Source: an uncultured Bacilli bacterium
GTDB taxonomy: Bacteria; Bacillota_I; Bacilli_A; RFN20; CAG-826
Assembly: GCA_944376605.1 (NCBI GenBank)
Contig: CALWDE010000012.1
Coordinates: 4,360 to 68,359, forward strand
Length of the DNA: 64,000 nt
Direction of reading: 5' to 3'
This document shows positions 9,232 through 21,331 of the stretch, piece after piece; the first letter of the stretch is position 1, and each line of letters starts with the position of its first letter. The position numbers and the translations under genes are program-made. The notes beneath the pieces are model-generated. The model was given only the letters and a program-made list of their open reading frames with translations. It was not told the DNA's origin and searched no databases.

Positions 9232-10206
9232 ATGAAATACACTAGCACTTCCAAAACTCTAAGCATGATCTTCCATGCGATTATTGCCCTAGGCTGCTGC
9301 GCTATGGGACTCTACTTTGGGTTCTTTGTCGTTCCATTTGCCTTCACTTCTAATCCCTATCAATTTTCGGATAACTTATTTGCTGCAAGCTTCTATCTTT
9401 ATTTGGAACTTGCTGTGATTGGTTTAGCCTTTGCTATTATTTCTGGATATGGATTTGTAAAAGCCTTCCTTTCCTTTAGTGCTGGCGGAAATAGTGATCA
9501 AATGGTTCGCGATTCCTTAACTGCTTTTATTTGTGAAGGCTATGTTGCTGCAGTTACTTTATTGCTTAATGGCTCTGTTTTATTCAATGCGATGACGGGT
9601 TCGGAAACTGCAAGCATTACCTTCCCTATCGTCATGTGCATCCTTCTTTCGATTGTTCTTCTTATCGCTACCAATATTCCAATGGTTCGTATGTATGACG
9701 GACACGATTATTCTCCTCTTTTAAAAGGATTAAGTTTAACGGGTGGAATTACTCTTCTCGTTCTCTCTTTTGAAACCTTACTTGCTTTAATCGGTTTATA
9801 TACTCGTTCTTTCACTGCAACAACCAATCCTTTCATGGCCCAAATTGTTGCTATTCTTGTTCCTACTCTTGTTGCGGGAGCTCTTCTTCTTGCAGCCGGG
9901 ATCCTTCTTAAGAAAAAAGAAGCTTCTGCTAAATCTGTGAAATTCACAACGATTGCCTTAGGGGCAGCAATGATTGTTCTTTCTGCCACCTTTATTTGCG
10001 AAGGAGCTTTCGAATTTATTTGGCAAGATTATAACTACCACTTAATTGGTATCTTAAATGAAAATGCCTTCCTCTTCCCAGGACTTGGATATGGCATTAT
10101 GTGCATTATTGCTGCTGTTATCCTGATTGGTGGTGGGATTACTGCTATCATTTACTCTGGTCAACAGACTAGCACGAATAGCAAAGGCACAAAGCACACC
10201 GCTTAA
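9232..10206 (+). CDS. polytopic integral membrane protein, function unknown
   Basis: 324-aa ORF with about 8 hydrophobic helices. RBS-less, but terminator follows. Confidence 0.5.
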   Translation: MKYTSTSKTLSMIFHAIIALGCCAMGLYFGFFVVPFAFTSNPYQFSDNLFAASFYLYLELAVIGLAFAIISGYGFVKAFLSFSAGGNSDQMVRDSLTAFICEGYVAAVTLLLNGSVLFNAMTGSETASITFPIVMCILLSIVLLIATNIPMVRMYDGHDYSPLLKGLSLTGGITLLVLSFETLLALIGLYTRSFTATTNPFMAQIVAILVPTLVAGALLLAAGILLKKKEASAKSVKFTTIALGAAMIVLSATFICEGAFEFIWQDYNYHLIGILNENAFLFPGLGYGIMCIIAAVILIGGGITAIIYSGQQTSTNSKGTKHTA

Positions 10207-10225
10207 TTTCCTAATAAAAGTCTCT

Positions 10226-10254
10226 AGCAGGCGAATAATGCCTGCTTTTTTATT
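10226..10254 (+). terminator. rho-independent terminator (plus strand)
   Basis: AGCAGGC-gaataat-GCCTGCT followed by TTTTTT. Confidence 0.7.
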
Positions 10255-10257
10255 AAG

Positions 10258-10279
10258 AAAAAACCCTCCAATAGGAGGG
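10258..10279 (-). terminator. rho-independent terminator for convergent minus-strand gene
   Basis: CCCTCC-aata-GGAGGG preceded by A-run on plus strand (T-run on minus). Confidence 0.55.
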
Positions 10280-10304
10280 AGAAAAGCAAATAAGTTAAGA
10301 TTAC

Positions 10305-10796
10305 TTAATAAATAGGCGCGAAGTCACGAACCGTAACCACTTCATCATAAAGTTCTTTGACTTCATCAGAGATAGGTTCAAATTCGTCTTTAAAGCGTCT
10401 CATAACAGCTTCTGGAACAATTCTTCCTTCATCACGCATTCTGTTTTGCCTGCAGCAAACTTCAAATGGTAAATCAAAGTAGATTAAGACATGACGGTCA
10501 AATCGAGGTGTCTGCTTGCAGTACATGACTCGGTACACATTTTGTAAGTTTGTAGCATCTGCAATAACGGTAGCGTTCTCATCTTCATCGCCATAACGAT
10601 TAAGCCTTTCTAAAAAAGTTTTCCAGACGAGCGCTTCATCGCGGAAGTCTTGCGCTTTACCAAAAAGTTCTTGGCGGATTTCATCAGAAGAAACAATCTT
10701 TGTTTTGGGATTGGCTTTTTGATATTTTGCCGCCCAAGTGGATTTTCCACTTCCCGGCAATGCCGAAAGAAGAATTAACGTCCTCATGCTTAGCAT
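10305..10796 (-). CDS. P-loop NTPase/kinase (AAA_33, zeta-toxin/polynucleotide-kinase-like fold)
   Basis: Walker A LLSALPGSGKST. Start taken at MLSMRT (10796) to avoid overlap with divergent prs. Upstream ATG at 10865 also in frame. Confidence 0.55.
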   Translation of the reverse strand: MLSMRTLILLSALPGSGKSTWAAKYQKANPKTKIVSSDEIRQELFGKAQDFRDEALVWKTFLERLNRYGDEDENATVIADATNLQNVYRVMYCKQTPRFDRHVLIYFDLPFEVCCRQNRMRDEGRIVPEAVMRRFKDEFEPISDEVKELYDEVVTVRDFAPIY

Positions 10797-10894
10797 TGTA
10801 CCGATTTCTTTTTCTGTTTGGAAAAGTTTCCCAATGAAAGCGATTGCAAAGATGAATGGTAGCAATGAAGAAGAGGATTCTTCATAATAGGGAT

Positions 10895-11866
10895 ATGCAA
10901 GAAAATACTCTAGAAAATGTTGTTTTGTTTAAACTCACTTCTTCTCCTGCCTTAGCAGAAGAAATTGCTTGTTTACTTGGCGTGAAGCTTGGGGAAGTAG
11001 AAGTTCGTCATTTTGCAGATGGAGAAGTCATGGCAAGACCTTTAACCAATGTACGCGGCAAAACGGTATATGTGGTTCAAAGCACTGCTACTCCTGTTGC
11101 GGAACGTTTAATGGAACTCCTTATCTTTATCGACGGTTTACGTAATGCGAAAGCCAAAGAGATTAACTTAGTGATTCCTTATTATGGTTTCTGCAGACAG
11201 GACAGAATCGCCCGAAGCGGAGAACCAATCACCGCAAAACTTGTTGCAGATTTACTCAATACGGTGGGAATTAACCGCGTTATTACAATGGATTTACACA
11301 CCCCGCAAACACAAGGCTTTTTCTCGTGTCCAGTAGATGATTTATCGCCAACTAGTTTATTTGGTGATTATTATCGTAAACTCTTCAAAGAGAAAAATAT
11401 TCCTACCTCATCTGTAACAGTTGTCTCTCCTGATCATGGCTCGATTCACCGTGCTAGAGACTTAGCTTCGGAATTACCGGACAGTAAATTAGCCATTATT
11501 GATAAAAGAAGACCTGCTCCCAATGTAGCAGAAGTATCCCAAGTAGTTGGGGAAGTTCATAATCAAGTGTGCCTCGTTGTCGACGATATTATTGATACAG
11601 CTGGCACAGCCATTGCCTGCGCTTCTTTGCTTGAAAAAGAAGGTGCAAAAGCCCTTTATGTAGCAGGTACACACGGAGTGCTTTCTCAAGGGGCAGAAGA
11701 AAAAATACATGCGCATTCCTTTATTAAAGACTTATGTCTTACCAACTCTATTGAAAAGAATATTCCTTGGGCTTCTATCATATCAATCGCTCCAATGATT
11801 GCGGGAGTTATTCGGGCATCTGAACTTGGCTCTTCTGTCCCTGATTCCTGGATGGCCTTTTATTGA
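10895..11866 (+). CDS. prs: ribose-phosphate pyrophosphokinase
   Basis: Alignable to Prs throughout (VVLFKLTSSPALAEEIA, PYYGFCRQDR, HTPQTQGFF, VVDDIIDTAGT). Start chosen by homolog alignment. In-frame ATGs also at 10856 and 10865. Confidence 0.85.
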   Translation: MQENTLENVVLFKLTSSPALAEEIACLLGVKLGEVEVRHFADGEVMARPLTNVRGKTVYVVQSTATPVAERLMELLIFIDGLRNAKAKEINLVIPYYGFCRQDRIARSGEPITAKLVADLLNTVGINRVITMDLHTPQTQGFFSCPVDDLSPTSLFGDYYRKLFKEKNIPTSSVTVVSPDHGSIHRARDLASELPDSKLAIIDKRRPAPNVAEVSQVVGEVHNQVCLVVDDIIDTAGTAIACASLLEKEGAKALYVAGTHGVLSQGAEEKIHAHSFIKDLCLTNSIEKNIPWASIISIAPMIAGVIRASELGSSVPDSWMAFY

Positions 11867-11883
11867 TTTTGAGCATTGTCTAG

Positions 11884-13029
<1,146 letters not shown>

Positions 13030-13030
13030 C

Positions 13031-14080
13031 GTGGATATTGAGTTATTTAATTTTGATTTGCCAGAAGAGCTTATTGCCCAAAAGCCAAGTGAAAAACGAG
13101 ATGAATGCCGCCTTTTAGCGATTAACCGTGAAGCAAGAACTTATGAGGACACTACCTTTCACCATATTCTTTCTTATCTCAAGAAAGGCGATGTTTTAGT
13201 TAGAAATAACACCCGCGTTATTCCTGCCCGTTTATATGGGGTGAAAGAAGATACGGGCGGAAAGATAGAACTTCTTCTTCTAAAAGATTTAGGAGATGAC
13301 ACTTGGGAATGTTTAGTAGGGAACGCTCATTCGGTTAAGGTAGGTAGTTTCTCCTCTTTTGGGAAAGGCAAATTACGCGCTCAATGTGTAAAAGTTTTAC
13401 CAGAAGGCATCCGTCATATGAAATTTATCTATGAAGGAATCTTTTTAGAACGCTTAGAAGAACTAGGGGAGATGCCCTTACCTCCTTATATCCACGAAAG
13501 AACCAGTAAAAAAGAAGATTATCAAACTGTCTATGCAAAAGTTCCAGGCAGCTCTGCTGCTCCGACGGCAGGATTTCATTTCACTCCTGAACTTTTAGAT
13601 GAGGTTGAAAAACTAGGCGTGAAAATTGTTGATATCACGTTAGATATTGGTCTTGGCACCTTCCGCCCAGTTCAAGTTCAAGACACAAAAGATCATGTGA
13701 TGCATTCGGAAACCTATTCTATGAGTGAGGAAGCTGCAAGAGAGTTAAATGCCGCAAAAAAAGAAGGAAGACGCATTATTGCAACCGGCACAACATGCGT
13801 GAGAACACTAGAATCTGTTTACGCTAAATACGGGGAGTTCCGCGCGGATTCTTCCTCTACCTCCATTTTTATCTCACCCGGCTATCACTACCAAGCTGTG
13901 GACGCTTTAATTACCAATTTCCATTTACCCAAAAGTACGCTTATTATGCTTGTCTCTGCTTTCATGGGGCGAAGGTTCACTTTGGAGTGTTATAAACATG
14001 CAGTAGAAGAAAAATATCGCTTCTTCTCCTTTGGTGATGCAATGTTTATTTACGGAAACTACCAGGGAGATGGGGAATGA
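13031..14080 (+). CDS. queA: S-adenosylmethionine:tRNA ribosyltransferase-isomerase
   Basis: GTG start. N-terminus [19 protein letters not shown] aligns with QueA. TNFHLP and [11 protein letters not shown] motifs present. Confidence 0.9.
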   Translation: MDIELFNFDLPEELIAQKPSEKRDECRLLAINREARTYEDTTFHHILSYLKKGDVLVRNNTRVIPARLYGVKEDTGGKIELLLLKDLGDDTWECLVGNAHSVKVGSFSSFGKGKLRAQCVKVLPEGIRHMKFIYEGIFLERLEELGEMPLPPYIHERTSKKEDYQTVYAKVPGSSAAPTAGFHFTPELLDEVEKLGVKIVDITLDIGLGTFRPVQVQDTKDHVMHSETYSMSEEAARELNAAKKEGRRIIATGTTCVRTLESVYAKYGEFRADSSSTSIFISPGYHYQAVDALITNFHLPKSTLIMLVSAFMGRRFTLECYKHAVEEKYRFFSFGDAMFIYGNYQGDGE

Positions 14081-14703
14081 ATGATCTCAAGCATCATTTA
14101 ATAAAAGAGTTAAAAGAAGAAGCGATCAAACCGAAAAAAGAGAAACTTCTTCTCCATTCTTGCTGCGGCCCTTGTTCTTGCTTTCCCTTTCTTGTTCTTG
14201 GTGCTTCTTTTGACCTTTATGTAAGTTATTCTAACTCGAATATCTATCCTTTAGCAGAATGGGAAAAACGTTTAAAAACCCTGCAAAAAGCAGTTAAACT
14301 TTTTGCTTCTACTTATGGAATTACGATTACGCTTCTGCCAGCAAATTATTCTCATGACACATATATGGCTGATTTAAAAGAGTTTGCTCTTGAAAAAGAA
14401 GGCGGCAAAAGATGTCAGCTTTGTTATAAAAAAAGAATGGAAGAAGCACGAGAGATTGCTAAAGAGCATCATATCCCTTATTGGTGCACCACTTTAACCT
14501 CTTCTCGCCAAAAAGATTCTCTTCTGATTAACCAAGTTGCCGAAGAATTAGACCAAAAAGATCCTGGCGGACCGCGTTTTCTCCATAGTGACTGGAAAAA
14601 AGCAGGAGGCGCGGAAGAGGGAGCAAGAATTGCCCGTCATCTGAAACTATATCGGCAAAATTATTGTGGCTGCGGATATAGCTTAAGAAGCAAAGGAAAA
14701 TAA
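14077..14703 (+). CDS. queH: epoxyqueuosine reductase QueH (DUF208)
   Basis: [11 protein letters not shown] motif and later CQLCY / CGCGY cysteine clusters. Overlaps queA stop by 4 nt. Confidence 0.8.
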   Translation: MNDLKHHLIKELKEEAIKPKKEKLLLHSCCGPCSCFPFLVLGASFDLYVSYSNSNIYPLAEWEKRLKTLQKAVKLFASTYGITITLLPANYSHDTYMADLKEFALEKEGGKRCQLCYKKRMEEAREIAKEHHIPYWCTTLTSSRQKDSLLINQVAEELDQKDPGGPRFLHSDWKKAGGAEEGARIARHLKLYRQNYCGCGYSLRSKGK

Positions 14704-14850
14704 ATCTTTTTTCTTAATTTTAGGTGCGTTTTGTTATGCACGGTGCACAAACTTTTCTTCATGTAAACGCTTGCAAAAAGGAAAAACCCCGCCATCTTGC
14801 GATGTTTTTTAAATCTTGCCGTTTTATCGGACGATTTCCTCACTTTTTTG

Positions 14851-14879
14851 TTGTTTCTTCTCGCGCGTAAGAGTATATT
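14851..14879 (+). promoter_or_regulatory. candidate sigma-70-type promoter of the S10 operon (-35 TTGTTT, 17-nt spacer, -10 TATATT) followed by a ~130-nt GC-rich leader
   Basis: Sequence read directly. Leader 14886-15007 is markedly GC-richer than surroundings and contains hairpin CGACA-n13-TGTCG. Confidence 0.35.
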
Positions 14880-15007
14880 TCGCACTGCCAGCGCTCGCGA
14901 GGAATTGCGATGTTGCCGACACGCCCATAAACGTTGTCGATGGACTTAGTCGGGGAACTCGTAAAGAGCAAGCAAAGGCAAGCCAAGAGACACAAGGAGG
15001 AAAATCT

Positions 15008-15322
15008 ATGGCGAAGAAGCATGTGCTACGCATCAGACTTCAGGCTTATGAACACGCCTCTCTCGACACTGCTGTTGAGAAGATTCTGACGGTAGCAAAG
15101 AAAACCGGCGCCGGTGTGATTGGACCAGTTCCTCTCCCAACCGAAAAGCAGGTTTACACCATTCTCCGGGCAACCTTCAAATATAAGGATTCCCGTGAAC
15201 AATTCGAAATCCGCACCCACAAGAGGCTGATTGACATCGTCGATCCTAAGAAAGAGACCGTCGATCAAATCAAGCGTCTCGACGTTCCTTATGGCGTCGA
15301 AATTGAATTAACCGCGAAGTAA
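15008..15322 (+). CDS. rpsJ: 30S ribosomal protein S10
   Basis: [26 protein letters not shown]. Confidence 0.95.
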   Translation: MAKKHVLRIRLQAYEHASLDTAVEKILTVAKKTGAGVIGPVPLPTEKQVYTILRATFKYKDSREQFEIRTHKRLIDIVDPKKETVDQIKRLDVPYGVEIELTAK

Positions 15323-15336
15323 AGGAGGCAGGCATT

Positions 15337-16047
15337 ATGAAATCCCTCATTGGAAGGAAAATCGGAATGACTGAGGTGTTCGCCCAAGATGGCACCATGT
15401 ACCCAGTCACAGTTGTTGAAGTCCTGCCTAACCTCATCCTTGCTAAGCGCACGTTAGAACGTGATGGGTATGAAGCTCTTCAAGTTGGATATGAAGATAA
15501 GAAAGAAACGCGCGTGAATAAGTGCGAACTTGGAAACTTCAAAAAGGCGGGCGTCGCTCCAAAAGCTATTGTTGCTGAATTAAAGGGCGATGAAATTTAT
15601 GGAAAAGAAGTTGGTCAAACTCTCGACGCTTCTTTATTCCAAGCTGGTGATGTTGTTGATGTCATCGGCACTACCAAAGGTCATGGATATAGTGGCACCA
15701 TCAAGAAATATGGTAACCATATCGGACCAAAAGGACATGGATCTGGTTATCACCGTCAAATTGGTTCGTTAGCCAATAACGGTCGTTGTAATAACCGTGT
15801 TATCCCAGGTAAGACCATGTCTGGTCACTGGGGACCAGAACAAACCACATTACTCAATGTTACAGTTGTCGAAAGTAATGTGGAAAAAGGATACATCCTC
15901 TTAAAGGGTGGACTTCCTGGACCAAAGCGCTCCATCGTCAAGATTCGTAGCGCTGTGAAAGCTCCCAGCAAAAATCCTGTGATTAAACCATTAATCGACC
16001 ACACACCTGCAAAAAGTGAAGTAGTCGAAGAAACGAAAGGAGAATAA
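15337..16047 (+). CDS. rplC: 50S ribosomal protein L3
   Basis: MKSLIGRKIGMTEVF. Confidence 0.95.
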   Translation: MKSLIGRKIGMTEVFAQDGTMYPVTVVEVLPNLILAKRTLERDGYEALQVGYEDKKETRVNKCELGNFKKAGVAPKAIVAELKGDEIYGKEVGQTLDASLFQAGDVVDVIGTTKGHGYSGTIKKYGNHIGPKGHGSGYHRQIGSLANNGRCNNRVIPGKTMSGHWGPEQTTLLNVTVVESNVEKGYILLKGGLPGPKRSIVKIRSAVKAPSKNPVIKPLIDHTPAKSEVVEETKGE

Positions 16048-16049
16048 CC

Positions 16050-16691
16050 ATGGCCGAGAAGAAAATTACCCTCCCCGTGGTGAATCTATCTGGGGAAAAA
16101 GTTGGAGAGGTCAAACTCTCTGCTAGTGTGTTCGGAATTGAAGATGCAAATGAGCAAGTGGTTCATGATGCTGTTGTGACAGAAGGGGCCAATAGCCGTC
16201 AAGCAACAGCCAAAACCAAAAAGCGTCATGAAGTGTCAGGCGGTGGCAAGAAGCCATGGCGTCAAAAAGGCACAGGACGTGCTCGTGCAGGTTCGATCCG
16301 TTCTCCTATCTGGGTTGGCGGCGGTACCGTCTTTGGACCCGATGGGAATCAATCCTACAAGCGTTCGCAAAACAAAAAAGCGCACGAACTTGCCTTAAAA
16401 ACGGTTCTCTCTACTAAGGCACTTGATAAAGACATCATCGTTGTTGATTCTTTATCCCTAGAAGAGGTTTCCACAAAGAAGTTTGCTGCCATTCTTGCTT
16501 CTGTTGGAGCAAAAGGCAAAACCTTACTTGTGGATGATACCGAAGATCCTAAGCTTGTTCTCTCGAGTGAAAACATTGCTGGGGTCAAATGTGTCAGCGT
16601 GGATAACATTGGGGTTTATGACCTTCTCAATGCATCCAAATTGCTCATCAGTAAGAACGCCATTACGGCGTTAGAAGGAGGGCTCAAGTAA
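16050..16691 (+). CDS. rplD: 50S ribosomal protein L4
   Basis: Sequence and synteny. Confidence 0.95.
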   Translation: MAEKKITLPVVNLSGEKVGEVKLSASVFGIEDANEQVVHDAVVTEGANSRQATAKTKKRHEVSGGGKKPWRQKGTGRARAGSIRSPIWVGGGTVFGPDGNQSYKRSQNKKAHELALKTVLSTKALDKDIIVVDSLSLEEVSTKKFAAILASVGAKGKTLLVDDTEDPKLVLSSENIAGVKCVSVDNIGVYDLLNASKLLISKNAITALEGGLK

Positions 16692-17020
16692 TGGCCGAAG
16701 AAAAGCAAACAAAAACCTTCAGCGCGCCTGTTGCTCACGATTACGAGGTTATCCTTGAACCAGTGATTACCGAAAAGAGCATGGCACTCCTTCAAAACGG
16801 AAACAAAGTGACCGTGAAGGTGCTCTCAAGCGCCAATAAGATTGAAATCAAAGAAAGTTTCCAACGTCTTTATAAAGTCGAAGTGGAAAACGTTCACGTT
16901 ATCAATCAAATCAGCAAGAGCAAATCCCGTGGTGGTCGTTATCAAGGCCATGTCAGTGGCTATAAGAAAGCAATCATCACTCTCAAAGAGGGAAATGCTG
17001 TTGACTTATTCAAGGAATAG
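16691..17020 (+). CDS. rplW: 50S ribosomal protein L23
   Basis: Synteny and sequence. Confidence 0.9.
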   Translation: MAEEKQTKTFSAPVAHDYEVILEPVITEKSMALLQNGNKVTVKVLSSANKIEIKESFQRLYKVEVENVHVINQISKSKSRGGRYQGHVSGYKKAIITLKEGNAVDLFKE

Positions 17021-17097
17021 GGAGGGAACCCCCAATCACTTCTCTTTATATAAGTAATAAGGATAAGTGAAAAAGAGCCCATATAGGAGAAAGAAAA

Positions 17098-17925
17098 ATG
17101 GCTATTAAATCATATCGTCCTTATACGCCAAGCCGCCGGGCAATGACCACGCTTAGCTATGAAGACGTCACAACCGCCACTCCTGAGAAATCGCTACTCG
17201 CCCCTAAGAAACATACGGGTGGGCGCAATAACCAAGGAGTGATCACTTGCCGTCATCGCGGTGGTGGCAACAAAAATCGTTACCGTATCATCGACTTCAA
17301 GAGAAGAAAAGATGGTATCCCTGGTAAGGTTGCAACCATTGAATACGACCCCAATCGCAGCGCTTTCATCTCGTTAATCAATTATGTTGATGGTGAGAAG
17401 CGTTACATCATCCTTCCCAAAGGATTACATGTTGGCGATCAAATTATCTCGGGTGAGGCTACTGATATTAAGGTTGGTAACTGCTGCGCCCTTAACAATA
17501 TTCCAGATGGTACCTTCGTTCATAACATTGAGCTAAAGCCAGGTAAGGGCGGACAAATGTGCCGCGCTGCTGGTACAAGTGCTCAGGTGCTTGGCAGTGA
17601 AGGAAAATACGTCATGCTTCGTCTTGCTTCTGGTGAAGTGAGAAAAGTGCTTGGCAGCTGCCGCGCTACCATTGGCGTAGTTGGCAATGAAGATTACAGC
17701 CTCGTCAATGTTGGTACTGCTGGAAAAATGCGCCATATGGGATGGCGCCCAACTGTCCGTGGTTCCGCGATGAACCCGAACGATCACCCTCATGGTGGTG
17801 GTGAAGGTAAGTGTCCTGTAGGACGCGATGCACCACGTACCCCATGGGGTAAAAGAGCAATGGGTGTTAAGACCCGTCGCGTGAAGAAAGAATCGACTCG
17901 CCTTATCGTCAGGCGTCGTAAGTAA
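17098..17925 (+). CDS. rplB: 50S ribosomal protein L2
   Basis: [14 protein letters not shown]. Confidence 0.95.
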   Translation: MAIKSYRPYTPSRRAMTTLSYEDVTTATPEKSLLAPKKHTGGRNNQGVITCRHRGGGNKNRYRIIDFKRRKDGIPGKVATIEYDPNRSAFISLINYVDGEKRYIILPKGLHVGDQIISGEATDIKVGNCCALNNIPDGTFVHNIELKPGKGGQMCRAAGTSAQVLGSEGKYVMLRLASGEVRKVLGSCRATIGVVGNEDYSLVNVGTAGKMRHMGWRPTVRGSAMNPNDHPHGGGEGKCPVGRDAPRTPWGKRAMGVKTRRVKKESTRLIVRRRK

Positions 17926-17937
17926 GGAGGATAAGAA

Positions 17938-18225
17938 ATGTCACGTTCTAGCAAGAAGGGGCCATTCGTTGATAGCTACCTCCTCAAAAAGGTGGAGGCT
18001 ATGGACAAAAGCGGCAAGCATGAAGTCATCAAGACTTGGAGCCGCCGTTCCACCATCTATCCTGCCTTCGTGGAACATACCTTCGCTGTGCATAATGGCA
18101 AGGAACATGTCACTGTGTTTGTAACCGAAGATATGGTAGGACATAAGCTTGGAGAATTTGCCCCAACACGTACCTTCTCTGGGCACCATGGAAATAACGC
18201 TGGCGATCAAGCCGCGAAGAAGTAA
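17938..18225 (+). CDS. rpsS: 30S ribosomal protein S19
   Basis: [12 protein letters not shown]. Confidence 0.95.
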   Translation: MSRSSKKGPFVDSYLLKKVEAMDKSGKHEVIKTWSRRSTIYPAFVEHTFAVHNGKEHVTVFVTEDMVGHKLGEFAPTRTFSGHHGNNAGDQAAKK

Positions 18226-18236
18226 AGGAGACGCTT

Positions 18237-18746
18237 ATGGCAGAAAGAAAAAAGAAAACCGCCACTGCTGAAGTAGCAGAAGAAATTGCGGAAGAGCCAA
18301 AGAAGCGCTCTCGCAAAACAAAGAAAGAAGCTAAGAAAACCCATGCTGAAGTCCATGCAGAATGGGTAGCTAAGCATAAGGAAGATAAGAAAGCACATCG
18401 TCCTGCAGTTCATGAGGCACATGCCCTTGCAACCAATGTAAGAGTCACTCCTCGCAAAGTTCGTCTTGTGCTTGACCTTGTCCGCGGAAAGAGTGTTCAT
18501 GACGCTCTTGCCCTCCTTAAGCACGTTAACAAAGCAGCTTCCTTACCCGTTTATAAGTTAATCGAAAGCGCGGCAGGAAATGCCGTAAATAACTTCCATC
18601 TTGATGAAGAACTTCTCTATATCAGTGAAATTCAAGCTTCTGATGGAGTGAAGATGAAGCGTTATCTACCACGCGCTAAGGGTAGTAGTTCTGGTCTTGT
18701 GAAAAGAACCAGCAACATCCGTGTGACGGTAAAGGAGAGAAACTAG
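18237..18746 (+). CDS. rplV: 50S ribosomal protein L22 with ~55-aa lysine-rich N-terminal extension
   Basis: 169 aa vs ~110 typical. Core VRVTPRKVRLVLDLVRGK. Confidence 0.9.
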   Translation: MAERKKKTATAEVAEEIAEEPKKRSRKTKKEAKKTHAEVHAEWVAKHKEDKKAHRPAVHEAHALATNVRVTPRKVRLVLDLVRGKSVHDALALLKHVNKAASLPVYKLIESAAGNAVNNFHLDEELLYISEIQASDGVKMKRYLPRAKGSSSGLVKRTSNIRVTVKERN

Positions 18747-18747
18747 G

Positions 18748-19506
18748 ATGGGTCAGAAAGTTAATGCTGTCGGGCTTCGTATCGGAGTGAATCGTGGTTG
18801 GAATTCCAACTGGTTTGCTTCCAATAAAGACTATGCCCGTTATCTAAAAGAAGATATGGCCATTCGCTCCTTCGTCGAAAAGAGCCTTAAGAATCTTACC
18901 TCAGACCGCGCAAGTAAAGGCGCTGCTGCTGATAAGAGCCGTCAAGACACTTATCTCTCTCACGTGGAAATTGCTCGTAGTAAGGGAGATAAAGGCGCGA
19001 GTGTTATCGTCCGTATCCACACTTCCCGTCCTGGCGTTTTATACGGCACAAACGGGGAAAACATTCAAAAAATCAAAGCAGGACTTCTCAAGATTGTTGG
19101 CAAAGGAGTTGACGTCAAAGTAGAAGCAGTCGAGGTGAAAAACCCTGACTTAGACGCTACTTTAATGGCCAAATGGATTGCTAGCGAACTTGAGAATCGT
19201 CAAAGCTTCCGTAGCACCCAAAAGAAGGCTATTCAAAGGATTCGCAAAGCTGGCGCAGCTGGCTGCCGTACCCAGTGCCAAGGCCGTTTAGGTGGCGCGG
19301 AAATTGCTCGTAGAGAAGGCTATAAAGAGGGAGTTGTCCCACTTGAAACTCTTCGTGCAGATATTGACTTTGCGGCCATTCCAGCCCACACCACTTCGGG
19401 AAGAATTGGTGTCAAAGTTTGGATCTGCCGCACTACCGATATGAAAGTGGAAGAAACTTCCACAAAGGAAGGAGGAACGGCGAATGCTACAACCAAAGCG
19501 CGTTAA
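18748..19506 (+). CDS. rpsC: 30S ribosomal protein S3
   Basis: [19 protein letters not shown]-terminal extension. Confidence 0.95.
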   Translation: MGQKVNAVGLRIGVNRGWNSNWFASNKDYARYLKEDMAIRSFVEKSLKNLTSDRASKGAAADKSRQDTYLSHVEIARSKGDKGASVIVRIHTSRPGVLYGTNGENIQKIKAGLLKIVGKGVDVKVEAVEVKNPDLDATLMAKWIASELENRQSFRSTQKKAIQRIRKAGAAGCRTQCQGRLGGAEIARREGYKEGVVPLETLRADIDFAAIPAHTTSGRIGVKVWICRTTDMKVEETSTKEGGTANATTKAR

Positions 19507-20041
19507 GTACCGCCGCCCTCACCGTCTCTCCTATGAAGGAAAGGCGACCAAGGGTAATAAGGTGGAATTCGGGGAATGGGGCTTACAGGCTTTAGAAGGC
19601 GCCTATATCACCGATCATCAAATTGAATCCGCTCGTATTGTTCTTGCCCGTTATACAGACCGTGCAGGAAAGATTTGGATTCGTATCTTCCCTCACCTTG
19701 GTAGAACCAAGAAGCCCGCTGAAGTTCGTATGGGTTCTGGAAAAGGTTCACCAGAAGGTTGGGCAGCACCAGTCAAAGCAGGAAAAATTCTCTTCGAAAT
19801 CGGAGGAATTAATGATGCTCTTGCATGCCGTGCCCTTCATCAAGCCGGCTATAAGCTTCCAGTTGCAACAAAGATTGTGAAGCGGACAAAAGCCTTAAGT
19901 GAAGAAGAAAAAGAAAAGATGGAAGAAGCCCATGCTTCTTCGCTTGAAGCAATTGAAAGAGAAGATGAAATCATCACCGTTTCTGACACTGGCAATGAAC
20001 CAGTAGAAGAAACAACAGAAGAAAATAAGGGGGATAAGTAA
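19484..20041 (+). CDS. rplP: 50S ribosomal protein L16 with ~45-aa acidic C-terminal extension
   Basis: [14 protein letters not shown]. 185 aa vs ~140. Confidence 0.95.
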   Translation: MLQPKRVKYRRPHRLSYEGKATKGNKVEFGEWGLQALEGAYITDHQIESARIVLARYTDRAGKIWIRIFPHLGRTKKPAEVRMGSGKGSPEGWAAPVKAGKILFEIGGINDALACRALHQAGYKLPVATKIVKRTKALSEEEKEKMEEAHASSLEAIEREDEIITVSDTGNEPVEETTEENKGDK

Positions 20042-20253
20042 TGGATATTAAAGAATTCCGTGAGTTAACTGACGAAGAACTCGCCAGCAAACTTCAAGAC
20101 CTCCGTCAAAGAAAGTTTGAACTCACCCGTGCGAAAGCAGTGGGAAACTTAGAACACCCCGATGAAATTCGTATCGTTCGTAAAGACATTGCCAAAGGTG
20201 AAACCGTGTTACGGGAACGCCAACTTGGCATTCATGCTAAGGAGGGAAGGTAA
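20041..20253 (+). CDS. rpmC: 50S ribosomal protein L29
   Basis: Synteny and sequence. Confidence 0.9.
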   Translation: MDIKEFRELTDEELASKLQDLRQRKFELTRAKAVGNLEHPDEIRIVRKDIAKGETVLRERQLGIHAKEGR

Positions 20254-20618
20254 TGGAACGGAATAGAAGATCAACCTTCCAAGGTGTTGTTACCTCTTGT
20301 AAGAATGCAAAGACAATTACTGTCACTGTTTCGACCAAGCGTAACGATCCCCTTTATCGGAAGAGAGTAAGTTACTCGAAAAAGTATCGCGCTCATGATG
20401 AAAAGGAAGAGGCAAGAGTAGGAGACACAGTCACCATCATGGCTTGCCGCCCCTTGAGCGCAACCAAGAGATTCCGCCTTGTCTCTATTGATAAGCGCGC
20501 TATCTCTGTGACTAGCGTAGAAGAAAGCGAAAGCGCTCTTGAAGCAAAAGAGGGCGTAGAAGAAGCCGTTTCTACTTCTCATAAAGAAGAAAGCGCTCCA
20601 GAAGCAAAGGAGGAATAA
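20253..20618 (+). CDS. rpsQ: 30S ribosomal protein S17 with E-rich C-terminal extension
   Basis: 121 aa vs ~85. Confidence 0.9.
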   Translation: MERNRRSTFQGVVTSCKNAKTITVTVSTKRNDPLYRKRVSYSKKYRAHDEKEEARVGDTVTIMACRPLSATKRFRLVSIDKRAISVTSVEESESALEAKEGVEEAVSTSHKEESAPEAKEE

Positions 20619-20621
20619 GCG

Positions 20622-20990
20622 ATGATTCAAAAGGAAACTAACCTCATTGTCGCTGATAACTCTGGCGCTCGTTTAGTCCGTGCCTTCCAGCTTTATGGAG
20701 GCGGTAGAAGAAAAAGTTCTACCATTGGAGATGTCATCCAGTGCGCGGTAAAAGACGCTATCCCAAGCGGCAAAGTCAAAAAAGGCCAAGTGGTACGCGC
20801 GGTCATTGTCCGTACCAAAAAGGCCGTTCAACGGAAAGATGGAAGCTCGATTTCCTTCGATGATAACGCAGTTGTTCTCATCGATAATGATGGCAACCCA
20901 CTCGGAACACGTGTCTTTGGACCTGTTGCCAGAGAGCTTCGTGAAAAGGGCTATATGAAAATTATCTCTCTCGCCCTTGAGGTCTTATAA
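20622..20990 (+). CDS. rplN: 50S ribosomal protein L14
   Basis: [16 protein letters not shown]. Confidence 0.95.
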   Translation: MIQKETNLIVADNSGARLVRAFQLYGGGRRKSSTIGDVIQCAVKDAIPSGKVKKGQVVRAVIVRTKKAVQRKDGSSISFDDNAVVLIDNDGNPLGTRVFGPVARELREKGYMKIISLALEVL

Positions 20991-21002
20991 GGAGGAGCCA
21001 AA

Positions 21003-21317
21003 ATGAATATCAAAAAAGGTGATACTGTCATCGTCATTAGTGGCGCCGATCGTGGTAAGACGGGCGTGGTCCAACTTGTCCACCCAAAACTCAATAAGGT
21101 GGTCGTAGAAGGAGTTAACGTCCATAAGAAACATGTCAAACCAACTCAGGCTGTACCTGAAGGTTCTATCAAGGACATCTATGTCCCAATTGATGCTTCT
21201 AATGTTGCGCTTCTTGATCCAAAAACAGGACGCGCTACTAGAGTGCATCACAAAGTAGTCGACGGGAAGAAGATCCGTGTAGCGGATAGTGGTGCTTCTC
21301 TCGACGATAAGAAATAA
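21003..21317 (+). CDS. rplX: 50S ribosomal protein L24
   Basis: [16 protein letters not shown]. Confidence 0.95.
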   Translation: MNIKKGDTVIVISGADRGKTGVVQLVHPKLNKVVVEGVNVHKKHVKPTQAVPEGSIKDIYVPIDASNVALLDPKTGRATRVHHKVVDGKKIRVADSGASLDDKK

Positions 21318-21331
21318 GGAGGTTGCTTCAT

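Noticed and set aside
9050-9235. 61-aa ORF bridging two genes
   Set aside because: Overlaps the end of the flavoprotein gene and has no RBS. The intergenic hairpin GCTCTC-aaa-GAGAGC lacks a T-run, so it was also not called a terminator.
14275-14292. Fourth copy of AAAACCCTGCAAAAAG motif
   Set aside because: Inside queH codons (KTLQKA). Likely a coding coincidence, so excluded from the intergenic repeat set.
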